Source: an uncultured Gemmatimonadales bacterium (GTDB taxonomy: Bacteria > Gemmatimonadota > Gemmatimonadetes > Gemmatimonadales > Gemmatimonadaceae). From it: 64,000 nucleotides of DNA. A program made the position numbers and the translations under genes. The number at the start of each line of letters is the position of its first letter. Position 1 is the stretch's first letter. The notes under the pieces are model-generated. The model did no database searches and was not told the DNA's origin. It was given only the letters and a program-made list of their open reading frames with translations. Below are positions 20,086 to 29,364 of the stretch, one piece after another. The stretch covers positions 512,001-576,000 of the forward strand of contig CAWKMU010000004.1 of the NCBI GenBank assembly GCA_963850905.1, written 5' to 3'.

Positions 20086-21429
20086 GTGTGTGCGGTGCTG
20101 CAACTCGACGACATCCAGCATTTCCTGCTGACACGCACGCCCGCACTCGCGGCGCGATATGAATTCCTGACCTTCCGTCAGCCTGACGCCGGACGGGCTT
20201 GGTTGGCTGGCATGATCGATAAGGTCGGCACAGGGCAGTCGGTGGGGTCTGCCTCGCCAGATTCGCGATGGGTGACCGTGGCTTTCACGTGGAACGGCCT
20301 CCGGGCGCTCGGCCTGGACGAAACGTCGTTGGCGACGTTTCCCGAGGAGTTCCGGCAGGGCCTGGCAGGGCGCGCGGAGATCGTGGGCGCCACCGGCCGG
20401 AATCACCCGGATCACTGGATGGGTGAATTAGCCAGTCCAGCTCTTCACGCCATCGGCATCCTGTTCGCCCGCGACGTCGAAGAGCGGGAGCGAGCCAAGC
20501 GGGAGCACGACCGATACCTCTCGCAGATCGACGGAGTGGGACGTCTCTCCGGGTTGGATCTGGAGGCAATTCCGCCAGGCGAAGCACGTGAGCATTTCGG
20601 CTATCGCGATCGTCTGTCGCAGCCGACGATCGAGGGAACAGGCGAGGAGCCGACACCCGGGTCGGGACCGCCCACAAAAGCCGGCGAGTTCTTCCTCGGC
20701 TACCCCGATGAGACCGGCTCGCAGGGGCCCATGCCGCAACCAGACATGCTGTCGCGCAATGGCAGCTACCTGGCATATGTCCGGATGCAGGAGCATGTGG
20801 GCGCCTTTCGCGACTTCCTGCGCCAACAAGGCGCCACGCGCGACGAGCAGGAGCTGATAGCGGCCAAGCTCATGGGGCGATGGCGCAGCGGTGCTCCTCT
20901 CGTCCTGGCACCCCAGAGGGACGACCCGGCGCTCGGGACCGACATGCAGCGCACCAACAACTTCGCCTACAAAACGGAGGACCCGTACGGCTACAGTTGT
21001 CCCGTCGGGTCCCATATCCGGCGCATGAACCCGCGTGACACGGCGGAGAACATGCAGCGGCGCAAGATGATTCGCCGCGGAGGCACGTACGGCCCGCCCC
21101 TGCCAGAAGGCGCGCCTGAGGACGGCGTGGAGCGCGGGGTCGCCGCGTTCATTGGGTGTGCGAGCTTGGTCCGACAGTTCGAGTTTGCAATGAACGTGTG
21201 GGCCAACGATCCCAAGTTCAAAGACCTCGGCAACGAGCGCGACCCGATCATCGGCACCCAGGATGGCACGTTCGACATGACCATTCCAAAGAAGCCGATT
21301 CGAAGAAAACTCAAGGGACTGCCTGCCTTCACCACCATACGGGGAGGCGCCTACTTCTTCCTCCCCGGCATTCGCGCGCTGCGGTTCCTCGCGGCAGGCC
21401 GTCCAGGAGTTACCCAACCAGCAGGATGA
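20086..21429 (+). CDS. DyP-type heme peroxidase
   Basis: LDDIQ, EHFGYRD.LSQP, GEFFLGY, NGSYL, KLMGRWRSG, CPVGSHIRRMNPR, IRRG..YG and GGAYFFLP. Confidence 0.9.
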   Translation: MCAVLQLDDIQHFLLTRTPALAARYEFLTFRQPDAGRAWLAGMIDKVGTGQSVGSASPDSRWVTVAFTWNGLRALGLDETSLATFPEEFRQGLAGRAEIVGATGRNHPDHWMGELASPALHAIGILFARDVEERERAKREHDRYLSQIDGVGRLSGLDLEAIPPGEAREHFGYRDRLSQPTIEGTGEEPTPGSGPPTKAGEFFLGYPDETGSQGPMPQPDMLSRNGSYLAYVRMQEHVGAFRDFLRQQGATRDEQELIAAKLMGRWRSGAPLVLAPQRDDPALGTDMQRTNNFAYKTEDPYGYSCPVGSHIRRMNPRDTAENMQRRKMIRRGGTYGPPLPEGAPEDGVERGVAAFIGCASLVRQFEFAMNVWANDPKFKDLGNERDPIIGTQDGTFDMTIPKKPIRRKLKGLPAFTTIRGGAYFFLPGIRALRFLAAGRPGVTQPAG

Positions 21430-21448
21430 CGACCCGGGAGGACACGAA

Positions 21449-22465
21449 ATGCCGACACTGAAAAGCCGTCCGCGAACGTACAACCAGGTCCAGACCCCGC
21501 GGAAATACACCCAAGGGAAACCACGCGTCAGCATTTACTGGACGTGGAGTTACCCCTGGGAAGCGAACCGTGATACCACCGAGCTGGACAACCGCTTCTC
21601 GACGATGACTGAGGTTCGTCGAGTGGGGTGGCCTGCCTACGAGACGATCGAGTTTTCCGAGAAAATGTTCGTGCAGGGAATCGCCGGAACGCTCGAGCTG
21701 TTCCACTTGGGCCTCCTGAGATTCCAGCAGTGCGTCAGCGAGGTAACGGGACATCCAGTCGCCGTCTACCAGCGCATCGATCAGGCGGGGCAAAAGCTTC
21801 CGCTCGATGAGCGGGTGCTCGACGATACCGACGTGCTCATGGTATTCGGGCTGGATCATATCGTGACCGAGCAGGAGGCGGCTCCCGAGGAGATCGAGGC
21901 CGTTCGGCACTTTCTTGCTCGGGAAGGAACGCGCCTCATCCTCGGACCGCACCACGACGTCGGAGTGTCCAGCGATCTGAAGGAACGCGCCATGGAGTAC
22001 GCGCATCACGGCGACCCGCTCGTGCCCCGCCAGCAACGCTTCGGCAAATACACGCGTTCGCTCATGAAAGGCCTCGCAGTCCCCGTCGAGAATCGCTACG
22101 GCCTCCGCCCAGCGACGATTCCGGGCACGAACACCCTCCAGCCACTCCGCACCTCGAAGGACCTGGATGCTCGCGACTGGCTCGCCGGTGTCACCACGTT
22201 CAATTTCCACATGCACCTGCCCCATTACGCCGTGACGACCAGTGATCCGGCCGTCATCCATGTATTGGCGCGGCAAGCGATCGACATGGCACATCCGCAT
22301 CCGTTCACGGAAGCCGGGAACCGCGAGTTCAATATGCTGCTCTGGATGCCTCCGAGGGGCGAACGCGCCGGCGACATCGTGCTCGCAGATTCCACCATCT
22401 TCAGCACGTTGTTCGGCGGGAATGAGAGCCTGGATCGTTTCTGGAAGAACATCGCGACCAAATGA
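21449..22465 (+). CDS. Conserved hypothetical protein, third gene of the DyP operon
   Basis: GGAGG RBS; 338-aa ORF with DVLMVFGLDH, LGPHHD and FNFHMHLPHY His clusters. Confidence 0.75.
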   Translation: MPTLKSRPRTYNQVQTPRKYTQGKPRVSIYWTWSYPWEANRDTTELDNRFSTMTEVRRVGWPAYETIEFSEKMFVQGIAGTLELFHLGLLRFQQCVSEVTGHPVAVYQRIDQAGQKLPLDERVLDDTDVLMVFGLDHIVTEQEAAPEEIEAVRHFLAREGTRLILGPHHDVGVSSDLKERAMEYAHHGDPLVPRQQRFGKYTRSLMKGLAVPVENRYGLRPATIPGTNTLQPLRTSKDLDARDWLAGVTTFNFHMHLPHYAVTTSDPAVIHVLARQAIDMAHPHPFTEAGNREFNMLLWMPPRGERAGDIVLADSTIFSTLFGGNESLDRFWKNIATK

Positions 22466-22488
22466 TTGTTGCTGGGTGACGCGCCCGC

Positions 22489-23418
22489 ATGGCCCGCCCA
22501 CGCTGTCACCGGGTGACGCTTCTCGCATCGCTCTGCGTGCTGAACGCGACAACGGCAGTCCGCGCTCAGAACAGAGGCGTGTATCCTCTCGGAATGAGCG
22601 CGACCAACTCCGGAGTGACGCCGCTCCCGGGATTCACCTACTCCAACCAGTTGCTTTTCTACTCGCGCGATGAGGCGAAGAGCAATGATGGCTCAACGTT
22701 GTCAGTCGCCGGCAACAACGCCCTCCTGATGGACATGAACACGCTGATCTGGGTGAGCCGCAAGGAAATCCTGGGTGGCGCTCACTATTCGGCTTTCGTA
22801 ACGCTCCCGTTCGCCAAGAACGATCTCACATCCGACGTGAACGGCAAAATCAGCGGAGGGGGCGGATTTGCCGACTCATACTACGTGCCATTCGTCCTGG
22901 GCTGGAACAAGGAGCGCGTGGCCCTTCGCATTCTCTACGGATTCCTGGCCCCCACCGGCCGTTTTGTGGCAGACGGCGGTGATAATGTTGGTTCCGGATA
23001 TTGGACGAACGCCTTCTCGTCTGGCCAGACGTTCTATCTGACTGATGACAGGGCTTGGGCGGTCTCGGCGTACGAGATGTACGAGCTTCATACCACGCAG
23101 GAAGGCACCGGCACGCGCCCCGGCGATACGTTTGATCTCGACTACTCCGCGACGCGAACATTCACCCTCACAAAGGCTACCGCTCTACAAGTCGGAGTTG
23201 GCGGCTACAATGCACGCCAGACCACAGCGAAGACAGGGCCGGAGATCACGGCGGATCAATCAGAGGAGCGTTACGCCGTCAATGCGCTCGGTTTCGTGAC
23301 AAATCTGACGCTCGCGAATCGGAGAGTGAACGCGGGCGTGAAGTTCTTCGAGGAATTTGCGAATCGAGCGACGTTCCAGGGTTTCTCCCTGCAGCTGTCC
23401 GGCTCGGTGCATTTGTAG
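22489..23418 (+). CDS. SphA / MetA-pathway-of-phenol-degradation family outer-membrane transporter
   Basis: Signal peptide, YPLG, GFADSY..P..LGW, APTGRF...NVGSGYWT and PGDTF.LDY; alternating beta-strand pattern. Confidence 0.75.
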   Translation: MARPRCHRVTLLASLCVLNATTAVRAQNRGVYPLGMSATNSGVTPLPGFTYSNQLLFYSRDEAKSNDGSTLSVAGNNALLMDMNTLIWVSRKEILGGAHYSAFVTLPFAKNDLTSDVNGKISGGGGFADSYYVPFVLGWNKERVALRILYGFLAPTGRFVADGGDNVGSGYWTNAFSSGQTFYLTDDRAWAVSAYEMYELHTTQEGTGTRPGDTFDLDYSATRTFTLTKATALQVGVGGYNARQTTAKTGPEITADQSEERYAVNALGFVTNLTLANRRVNAGVKFFEEFANRATFQGFSLQLSGSVHL

Positions 23419-23521
23419 TCGCTTCGCATGCGCCAAGGGGATGAAACAAGAGCGTGGGGCTGCAGGGCCTGCGACGCGCGCGCCGTTCTCTCCTTGCGCC
23501 TACGCACCCACAAAGGAGTGC

Positions 23522-23932
23522 ATGATGACCACCGGCCCGATGACGACCGTCCGGCACTACATCGACGGTTTCAATAGAGGTGACGCGACGGCGATGGCGG
23601 CGGCGTTTGCCATTCCGGGGTCGATCCTAGACGGCATGGCTCCGCATGTGTGGCACGGGCCGACCGCCGCTCAAGATTGGTACAGAGACGTGTTGGCGGA
23701 AGGTGAGGATGCAGGTGTTTCAGGTTATGCGGTTACTCTGGGCGAGCCGCTGCATGTCGACGTCACCGGGGATAGCGCGTATGTCGTCGTTCCCGCGTCC
23801 ATGACATTCACGACCCGCGGCAGGCAGGTCACTCAGTCCGGCGCGCTTTTTACTGTGGCGCTTCACAAGCTCAACCAGGAGTGGCGGATCGTGGCCTGGG
23901 CCTGGGCAAAAGGTAGTACGGCCATCCCATAG
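23522..23932 (+). CDS. SnoaL/NTF2-like protein
   Basis: AAGGAG RBS; YIDGFNRGD and GDSAYVVVP...FTVAL....WRI.AWAW. Confidence 0.75.
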   Translation: MMTTGPMTTVRHYIDGFNRGDATAMAAAFAIPGSILDGMAPHVWHGPTAAQDWYRDVLAEGEDAGVSGYAVTLGEPLHVDVTGDSAYVVVPASMTFTTRGRQVTQSGALFTVALHKLNQEWRIVAWAWAKGSTAIP

Positions 23933-23945
23933 CCCGCTCACCTCC

Positions 23946-24857
23946 ATGCAAGAGTCCGCCGCGGCGATCTACGCGTCGATCATCGCGAACCTGCTCATCG
24001 CGGTGCTCAAGTTCACCGCGGGGCTCGTCACGGGCAGTTCCGCCATGGTGGCGGAAGGGATCCATTCGGTCGTCGACAGCGCCAACGGGTCGCTACTGCT
24101 CGTCGGCCAACGCCGGAGCCGTCGACCGCCAGACGACAGCCATCCGTTCGGCTACGGGCACGAGATGTACTTCTGGTCGATGGTCGTGGCGATGCTGTTC
24201 TTCGGCGTCGGCGGGGGCGTGTCGGTGTATCAGGGAATCCATCGGGTACTACAACCCGAGCCGCTCGAGAATGCCGTCTGGAGCTACGTAGTGCTCGCCG
24301 GCGCTGGCGTGATCAATGGCGCATCGTTCCTGATTGGGTTTCGTCAGTTCAGGCGAACGACTGAGGGTCGTGGTTTTTGGGGCACGGTGCGCGCGAGCAA
24401 GGATCCGTCCCTGTTCAGCGTCGTACTGGAGGACGTCGCCGATCTGATTGGCGTTGGCATCGCGTTCGTTGCGATCGCGCTCGCGCGAGCGCTCCATGCG
24501 CCCTGGATCGATGGCGCCGGGTCGATCGGGATCGGCCTGGTGCTGGCGGGAATCGCGTTTGTCCTCATGCGGGAAAGCAAGGCGCTGCTGATTGGCGAGC
24601 GCGCCCGTGGAGACGTCATCGACGCCGCGCACGCTGCCGCCGCTGGCGAGCCGGCGATCCTGGCCATCCGGCAGCTCCTCACGTTGCAATTGGGTCCCGA
24701 AGACGTGCTCATTGGGTTCGGCGCCGAGTTTGAGCCCAGCCTTACCGCATCACAAGTGGCTGATGCCGTGGATCGCCTCGAGCGGGTGATCATGTCCGCG
24801 CACCCGGAGGTCAGGCACATCTATATAGAAGCGGAGGCCTTACGGGGCCGGCACTAG
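23946..24857 (+). CDS. Cation diffusion facilitator (CDF) transporter
   Basis: GSSAMVAEGIHSVVD, HPFGYG, LEDVAD and E.KALLIGE motifs. Confidence 0.9.
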   Translation: MQESAAAIYASIIANLLIAVLKFTAGLVTGSSAMVAEGIHSVVDSANGSLLLVGQRRSRRPPDDSHPFGYGHEMYFWSMVVAMLFFGVGGGVSVYQGIHRVLQPEPLENAVWSYVVLAGAGVINGASFLIGFRQFRRTTEGRGFWGTVRASKDPSLFSVVLEDVADLIGVGIAFVAIALARALHAPWIDGAGSIGIGLVLAGIAFVLMRESKALLIGERARGDVIDAAHAAAAGEPAILAIRQLLTLQLGPEDVLIGFGAEFEPSLTASQVADAVDRLERVIMSAHPEVRHIYIEAEALRGRH

Positions 24858-24896
24858 CGACGTTGGTCCTCCTGAACGATCAGGGATGTGGCCCAT

Positions 24897-24953
24897 GTTA
24901 CAGTCAACCAAGCGTTGCCGTAGACCGGTAGGGGCGACGACCGCCGTTTGCCT
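24897..24953 (+). repeat. Extended REP-containing element with deleted palindrome arm
   Basis: Aligns with 29295-29360 (gttac.gtca..caa.cg.tgcc.ta.accGGTAGGGGCGACG...ccgccgtttgcct) but lacks the right arm. Confidence 0.7.
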
Positions 24954-25047
24954 GGCCACAGCGAGTAACCACAACGGCGCGTAGAGAACCAGGGTCGATC
25001 AAATGCGGACCAGGTGCCTCCCTGTACCGAAGCGAATGGTGCGTCCT

Positions 25048-25103
25048 CAGCGTCCAGCGTCCAGCGTCTAACTTCCAACGTCCAACGTCCAGCGTCTAGC
25101 GTC
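25048..25103 (+). repeat. Heptamer tandem array (8 units)
   Basis: cagcgtc x3, taacttc, caacgtc x2, cagcgtc, tagcgtc. Confidence 0.85.
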
Positions 25104-25147
25104 TAATTTTGATTGCCCTGTTAGAATCGGAAAACCTGGAGGCGATC

Positions 25148-26461
25148 TTGAGCGCAACTCAGCCGCGCGTAGTGATCGTTGGCGGCGGATTCGGCGGACT
25201 CTCCGCGACGCGCCATTTGGCTGGGGCTCCCGTCAGCGTCACGCTCATCGACAAACGGAACTACAATCTCTTCCGTCCCATGCTGTACCAGGTAGCCACG
25301 GGGCTCCTATCCGCCGACGAAATTGCCGGGCCCCTCCGTTCGATCCTCAACCGCCAGCAAAATGTCGAGGTGCTGCTCGACGAAGTCGGCGGCATCGATA
25401 CGGAGAAGCGGCTGGTGCATTTGAAACAGCACGTGGTGCCGTACGACTTCCTCGTGCTCGCGACCGGGATTGAGTACAACTACTTTGGTCACGAGGACTG
25501 GCGTAGCGCCGCGCCGGGCCTCGAATCACTCGACGACGCCGACCTGATTCGCGGCAAGGTCCTGCTGGCCTTCGAGCGCGCCGAGGAGATTGCCGCGCTC
25601 GACCACGCGGACACGGAGAAAATACGCCAACTGCTCACGTTTGTCCTCGTCGGCGGGGGGACCGTCGGCGTGGAAATGGCGAGCACGCTGGCGGAAATGT
25701 CGCGCATGGCCCTGACGCACGATTTCCGCCACATCGATCCTCGCTCGGCGAGGATTCTCCTGTACGAGGCCGCCCCGCGAGTGCTTCCCACCTTTCCGGA
25801 GGTCCTTTCGACCAAGGCAATGCGCCATCTGGAGAGTCTGGGCGTGAAGGTGTTCACGAACACACGCGTCACGAATGTGGACGCCGCCGGCATCGTCGCC
25901 AATGGTGAGCGCGTGCCGGCCGCTACGGTGTTGTGGAGTGCTGGCGTGCTTGCGTCTCCCGCAGGCCGATGGCTGGGAGCGGCAATGGACAAGTCGGGGA
26001 AGATCATCGTGAACTCGGACTTTTCCGTGCCGGGGCACCCCGAGATTTTTGCGATTGGCGATACGGCGCACATCGTCGCGCCCGCGCGGAATTTGTTGGG
26101 CATGAAGGTGAAAGAGCCAATGGTCATGCCCGGGGTAGCACAGCCGGCCATCCAGGAAGGGAAGTACGTGGCCCGCGTGATTCGGCGACGCGCGCAGGGA
26201 CAGTCGCCGCCGGCGCCCTTCTGGTACTGGGACAAAGGCGATCTCGCGATTGTGGGCCGCACCTATGCCGTCGCGGATCTGCGATTCGTGCGCTTCGCGG
26301 GATTCCCAGCCTGGTTTGTCTGGGCCGCAGTGCACATCTATTTCCTGATCGGATTCGCGAACCGCTTCTTCGTGATGCTCCAGTGGGCAGTCACGTTTGT
26401 GACGAAGCGGCGCCAGGTGCGCGTGTTCCCGGAGCCAGACGACGCCGCGAAGACGCCGTAG
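25148..26461 (+). CDS. ndh: Type II NADH dehydrogenase family FAD oxidoreductase
   Basis: VVIVGGGFGG, LF.PMLYQVATG, VGGGTVGVE, FAIGD, PGVAQPAIQEG and DKG.LA; TTG 25148 follows GGAGG. Confidence 0.85.
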   Translation: MSATQPRVVIVGGGFGGLSATRHLAGAPVSVTLIDKRNYNLFRPMLYQVATGLLSADEIAGPLRSILNRQQNVEVLLDEVGGIDTEKRLVHLKQHVVPYDFLVLATGIEYNYFGHEDWRSAAPGLESLDDADLIRGKVLLAFERAEEIAALDHADTEKIRQLLTFVLVGGGTVGVEMASTLAEMSRMALTHDFRHIDPRSARILLYEAAPRVLPTFPEVLSTKAMRHLESLGVKVFTNTRVTNVDAAGIVANGERVPAATVLWSAGVLASPAGRWLGAAMDKSGKIIVNSDFSVPGHPEIFAIGDTAHIVAPARNLLGMKVKEPMVMPGVAQPAIQEGKYVARVIRRRAQGQSPPAPFWYWDKGDLAIVGRTYAVADLRFVRFAGFPAWFVWAAVHIYFLIGFANRFFVMLQWAVTFVTKRRQVRVFPEPDDAAKTP

Positions 26462-26482
26462 GGGCAACGCCATGCGTCGCCC
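26458..26482 (+). repeat. GTAG-type REP palindrome overlapping the ndh stop codon
   Basis: GTAG GGGCAACGC-cat-GCGTCGCCC; its TAG (26459-61) is the ndh stop. Confidence 0.75.
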
Positions 26483-26537
26483 GCTGGCATAAGACAGGTA
26501 ACCCGCGCCGGACCAAGCGTCACAGCTGATAGGAGAC

Positions 26538-26617
26538 AGGAGAAAGGAGACCGAGGAGCGCGGCCTCATGGCGCATAGCCCACCCAGGCCACCCAACCTC
26601 TTGGTCTCCTTTCTCCT
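26538..26617. repeat. 15-bp inverted repeat with 50-nt spacer, built of AGGAGAM heptamers
   Basis: AGGAGAAAGGAGACC (26538-52) / GGTCTCCTTTCTCCT (26603-17). Confidence 0.65.
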
Positions 26618-26636
26618 TTCTGCGTCGCTCCTCTCT

Positions 26637-26663
26637 ATTTTGGCCCGCTGTGCGGGCCAAAAT
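26637..26663. terminator. 12-bp perfect hairpin, family B copy 2 (possible bidirectional terminator)
   Basis: ATTTTGGCCCGC-tgt-GCGGGCCAAAAT abutting the DUF2950 stop. Confidence 0.7.
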
Positions 26664-27652
26664 CAGTCCGGGGTGCGTGTCCAGGATTTGTCCGGGTTGA
26701 ACCGCTCCATTTTCTTGAATTCGTCGAGCGTTGCTGGCCCGAGATCTTTCTGGTAGACGACGCCGTCGTGGCTGACGATGAACGTCTTCACTCCAGTGAT
26801 GCGGTATTCCACCGGCGCAGCTACAAGCGCGAATCCACCGATCATCACGCCTTCTACCACGAAATCCATCTCGCCAAGCGGAGCCGCGGGTCCCTGCCCT
26901 TTGAGAATCTTGAACAGATAGCCGTGATACGGCTGTGCGCCAGCGGTGTAGCCTTGTTCGATCGCGCGCGCTATTGCCTCACCAATGGGACCGCCCCAGG
27001 TGCCGTCTGGGTTTTGCCACGCGAGACCATCTTGTTTGCCTGGAGTACTGATGACGCGCTGCGCGTATTGGTGCACGGCATACCCTTCGCGCTTCGCGAG
27101 GGCGTAATCCTGCTGCGCTACCACGTAGCCACGGCAGATGTGAATGGCATCCAGCTCGTTGTAGCCTATGCGGCGGTAGAGCAGTTCCTGGCGGCCGGCG
27201 TTGGCATCGAACGACCACGTGTCGCCGCTTTTCACAATCGGCACGGGGAACGGCCAGTTCTCGTTGCCTACGATGAGGACCGCGCGGTTCCCGGTATTCG
27301 GATCCAGGGAAATGCTCTGCTTTTCGTGAGCCTCGGCTGCGAAAGCAGTGGCGCGCTCGCGGTCTTGCGGATACTCGCCGGTGAGAACGAGGTCGTCGCC
27401 ATCAGGGCCGAAAATGTCTTCGAGCGCGAGCTCGTCGAACTTCCCGGCTGCAGCGACGAGCGCATTGGCAGCTTCTTGGGGCGTAGTAAAGCTCTTGCCG
27501 CCAGCGCCGGAGTCTGCGGGAGCAGACGGCGCCGCGTTCGCCGTCGATTGCGCGTGGCCGAAGAGGACCGCTACGAGCAGACACGCGCACGTCGCCGCAC
27601 CCGCGGTCCGCAGAAGTCGGGAGCGTCTATCGCTCGCAGAAGTTGGTTGCAT
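26663..27652 (-). CDS. DUF2950 family protein
   Basis: F.TP.EAA.AL, WPFPVPIV, RRIG.NEL, PYHGY.FKIL..QG and GVKTFIVSHDGVVYQKDLG. Confidence 0.9.
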   Translation of the reverse strand: MQPTSASDRRSRLLRTAGAATCACLLVAVLFGHAQSTANAAPSAPADSGAGGKSFTTPQEAANALVAAAGKFDELALEDIFGPDGDDLVLTGEYPQDRERATAFAAEAHEKQSISLDPNTGNRAVLIVGNENWPFPVPIVKSGDTWSFDANAGRQELLYRRIGYNELDAIHICRGYVVAQQDYALAKREGYAVHQYAQRVISTPGKQDGLAWQNPDGTWGGPIGEAIARAIEQGYTAGAQPYHGYLFKILKGQGPAAPLGEMDFVVEGVMIGGFALVAAPVEYRITGVKTFIVSHDGVVYQKDLGPATLDEFKKMERFNPDKSWTRTPD

Positions 27653-27694
27653 TCGTGCGCTCCTCAGATCTGCTCTCGCCGGTCACGCGCCTGA

Positions 27695-28972
27695 TCAACG
27701 TCGTCCGCGACCACCGCCACCACCCCTGCCGCCACCGCCGCCTCTGGATCCCATGCTCGACGCACCTCGGCTGCCAGCGGAGCGAGCACTCGATCCGTTG
27801 AATCCCCCGGAGCCGCCTCCGAAGGCGTCCCGGCTTCCGCCACCGGCGCCCGACAGATCCCGGCCTCCGATGCTATTGGCGCCGGTCGAGCCCGTGCGGG
27901 TGCCTGTGCCGCCTCCCTGGGCGGCCCGACTGCTGACATCGCCGCCCTGGGTTTGTTGCCGCGCCCCAGCCTGGGCCTGGCGATTGCCCCCGGCGCCCCC
28001 AGCCCCCCCAGCCTGGCGATTGCCCACCGACTCTCCGCGTGTTCCCCCGCCAAACCGATCTGCGGTTGCGCGGTCCCCGTACGGCGCGCCGCCGCGGTGC
28101 TGCGCATTATGCTGCCAGTTCGAGGTTCGATTTGCGTTGACGTTGCGGTTGACGTTCGTGTTCCGATTGAAACTGTTGTAATTGTTGACTTGAACGTTGC
28201 CCCCACCCCAGCCGGGTCCATAGCCCCAACCACCGCCCCACATCGCCCCCATCGCCATGCCAAAACCAAAAGAGATCGCCATCCCTGCGGCGTAGTAGCC
28301 GGGGGGTGGATAGTAAATCGGTGGGTAGGCGTAGACCGGCGGCCCGTACACCGTTACAGGATTGTATGAAGGCACATACACGACTTCGGGGTTGGCTTGT
28401 TCGACCACAATCACGGTCTTGTCTTCGACAACCTTGGTTTCGACCTTCTGTTGCTCGGTCGAGGTCAAGGTGCCTTTCTCCTTGGCCTTCGCGCGCATGC
28501 GCTGCACCGCATCCATCACGGCGCTTTCCTGAGCGAGGAACGCATTGCCGAGATCGGTGGTCCACTGGATGTCGTCCGCGAGGCGCTTCACCACATCGGG
28601 CAAACCCGCCATCGATTGCACGCTCGGGTCCCACGGCTGCTTGGCCACGGCATCCGCCAGCTCTTTGTCTTTCAGGTTCGGGTTCTTGGCAAGCCACTGT
28701 TGGAGCTGGATGAGCTCGAGAGGATAGGTTGACGCCACCAAGGTCTGAGCCAGCAAAGGATCTGGATAGAGCGCAATGGGGGCCACGAGTGCGTCGAGCT
28801 GATCGGGAGGTAGCGGCTCCGACTTTTGCTCTTGCTGAGACGCGCTCGCCGTCTCCTGGGACTGAGCGGATGCGGCCAACTCACCGCCCACGAGCACGGC
28901 CGCACCCAAAGCGCCCATGCAGCGTCGTGTGATTGTCGCGAGCAGTCTCGATCGAGCGTTTTTGTTCGTCAT
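27695..28972 (-). CDS. DUF3300 family protein with Gly/Arg-rich tail
   Basis: LVAPIALYPDPLLAQ, WDPSV, W...LG.AFL.Q...VM.AVQ..R and VYVPSYNP..VYG. Confidence 0.9.
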   Translation of the reverse strand: MTNKNARSRLLATITRRCMGALGAAVLVGGELAASAQSQETASASQQEQKSEPLPPDQLDALVAPIALYPDPLLAQTLVASTYPLELIQLQQWLAKNPNLKDKELADAVAKQPWDPSVQSMAGLPDVVKRLADDIQWTTDLGNAFLAQESAVMDAVQRMRAKAKEKGTLTSTEQQKVETKVVEDKTVIVVEQANPEVVYVPSYNPVTVYGPPVYAYPPIYYPPPGYYAAGMAISFGFGMAMGAMWGGGWGYGPGWGGGNVQVNNYNSFNRNTNVNRNVNANRTSNWQHNAQHRGGAPYGDRATADRFGGGTRGESVGNRQAGGAGGAGGNRQAQAGARQQTQGGDVSSRAAQGGGTGTRTGSTGANSIGGRDLSGAGGGSRDAFGGGSGGFNGSSARSAGSRGASSMGSRGGGGGRGGGGGRGRR

Positions 28973-29325
28973 GCCTGCTGCCCCGATCACCGATCAGCGT
29001 CCCCTCGTGCTGTCCAGTCGCGGAACGCGGCCGACCGGATAATCTCCCCTAACCATTTGTACAAGGAGGGAAGCCACAAAACACAGTGTGCTTTAGGTGG
29101 ATAGCGTCCTGTTGAAGTCGCTGAGGGCAGCCAAATGCTCGCCCAGTCACAACGTCAACTCGAGCACGATTCGGCGCCGCGACTAAGCCTCGTTGCTCGG
29201 TTCCCTTCTCTTTGGCAGGAGCACGTAGGACACGGACCAACGTGCGGCGAGTTGGTTTGCACTAAGGTCGCATGGTGAACGAAGGATGGCCGGCGTTACC
29301 GTCAGACAACCGGTGCCATACACCG

Positions 29326-29349
29326 GTAGGGGCGACGCCTGCGTCGCCC
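29326..29349 (+). repeat. GTAG-type REP palindrome (within the 29295-29360 element)
   Basis: GTAG GGGCGACGC-ct-GCGTCGCCC. Confidence 0.8.
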
Positions 29350-29364
29350 GCCGTTTGCCTATCC

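Noticed and set aside
21380..21429. Encapsulin targeting peptide on the DyP C-terminus
   Set aside because: The tail GRPGVTQPAG lacks the GSL.IGSL-like motif, and no encapsulin gene is in the window
27695..28300. Gly-rich tail of DUF3300 and the Pro-rich antisense ORF as a separate repeat protein
   Set aside because: Low-complexity coding tail; the antisense ORFs are GC-rich shadows
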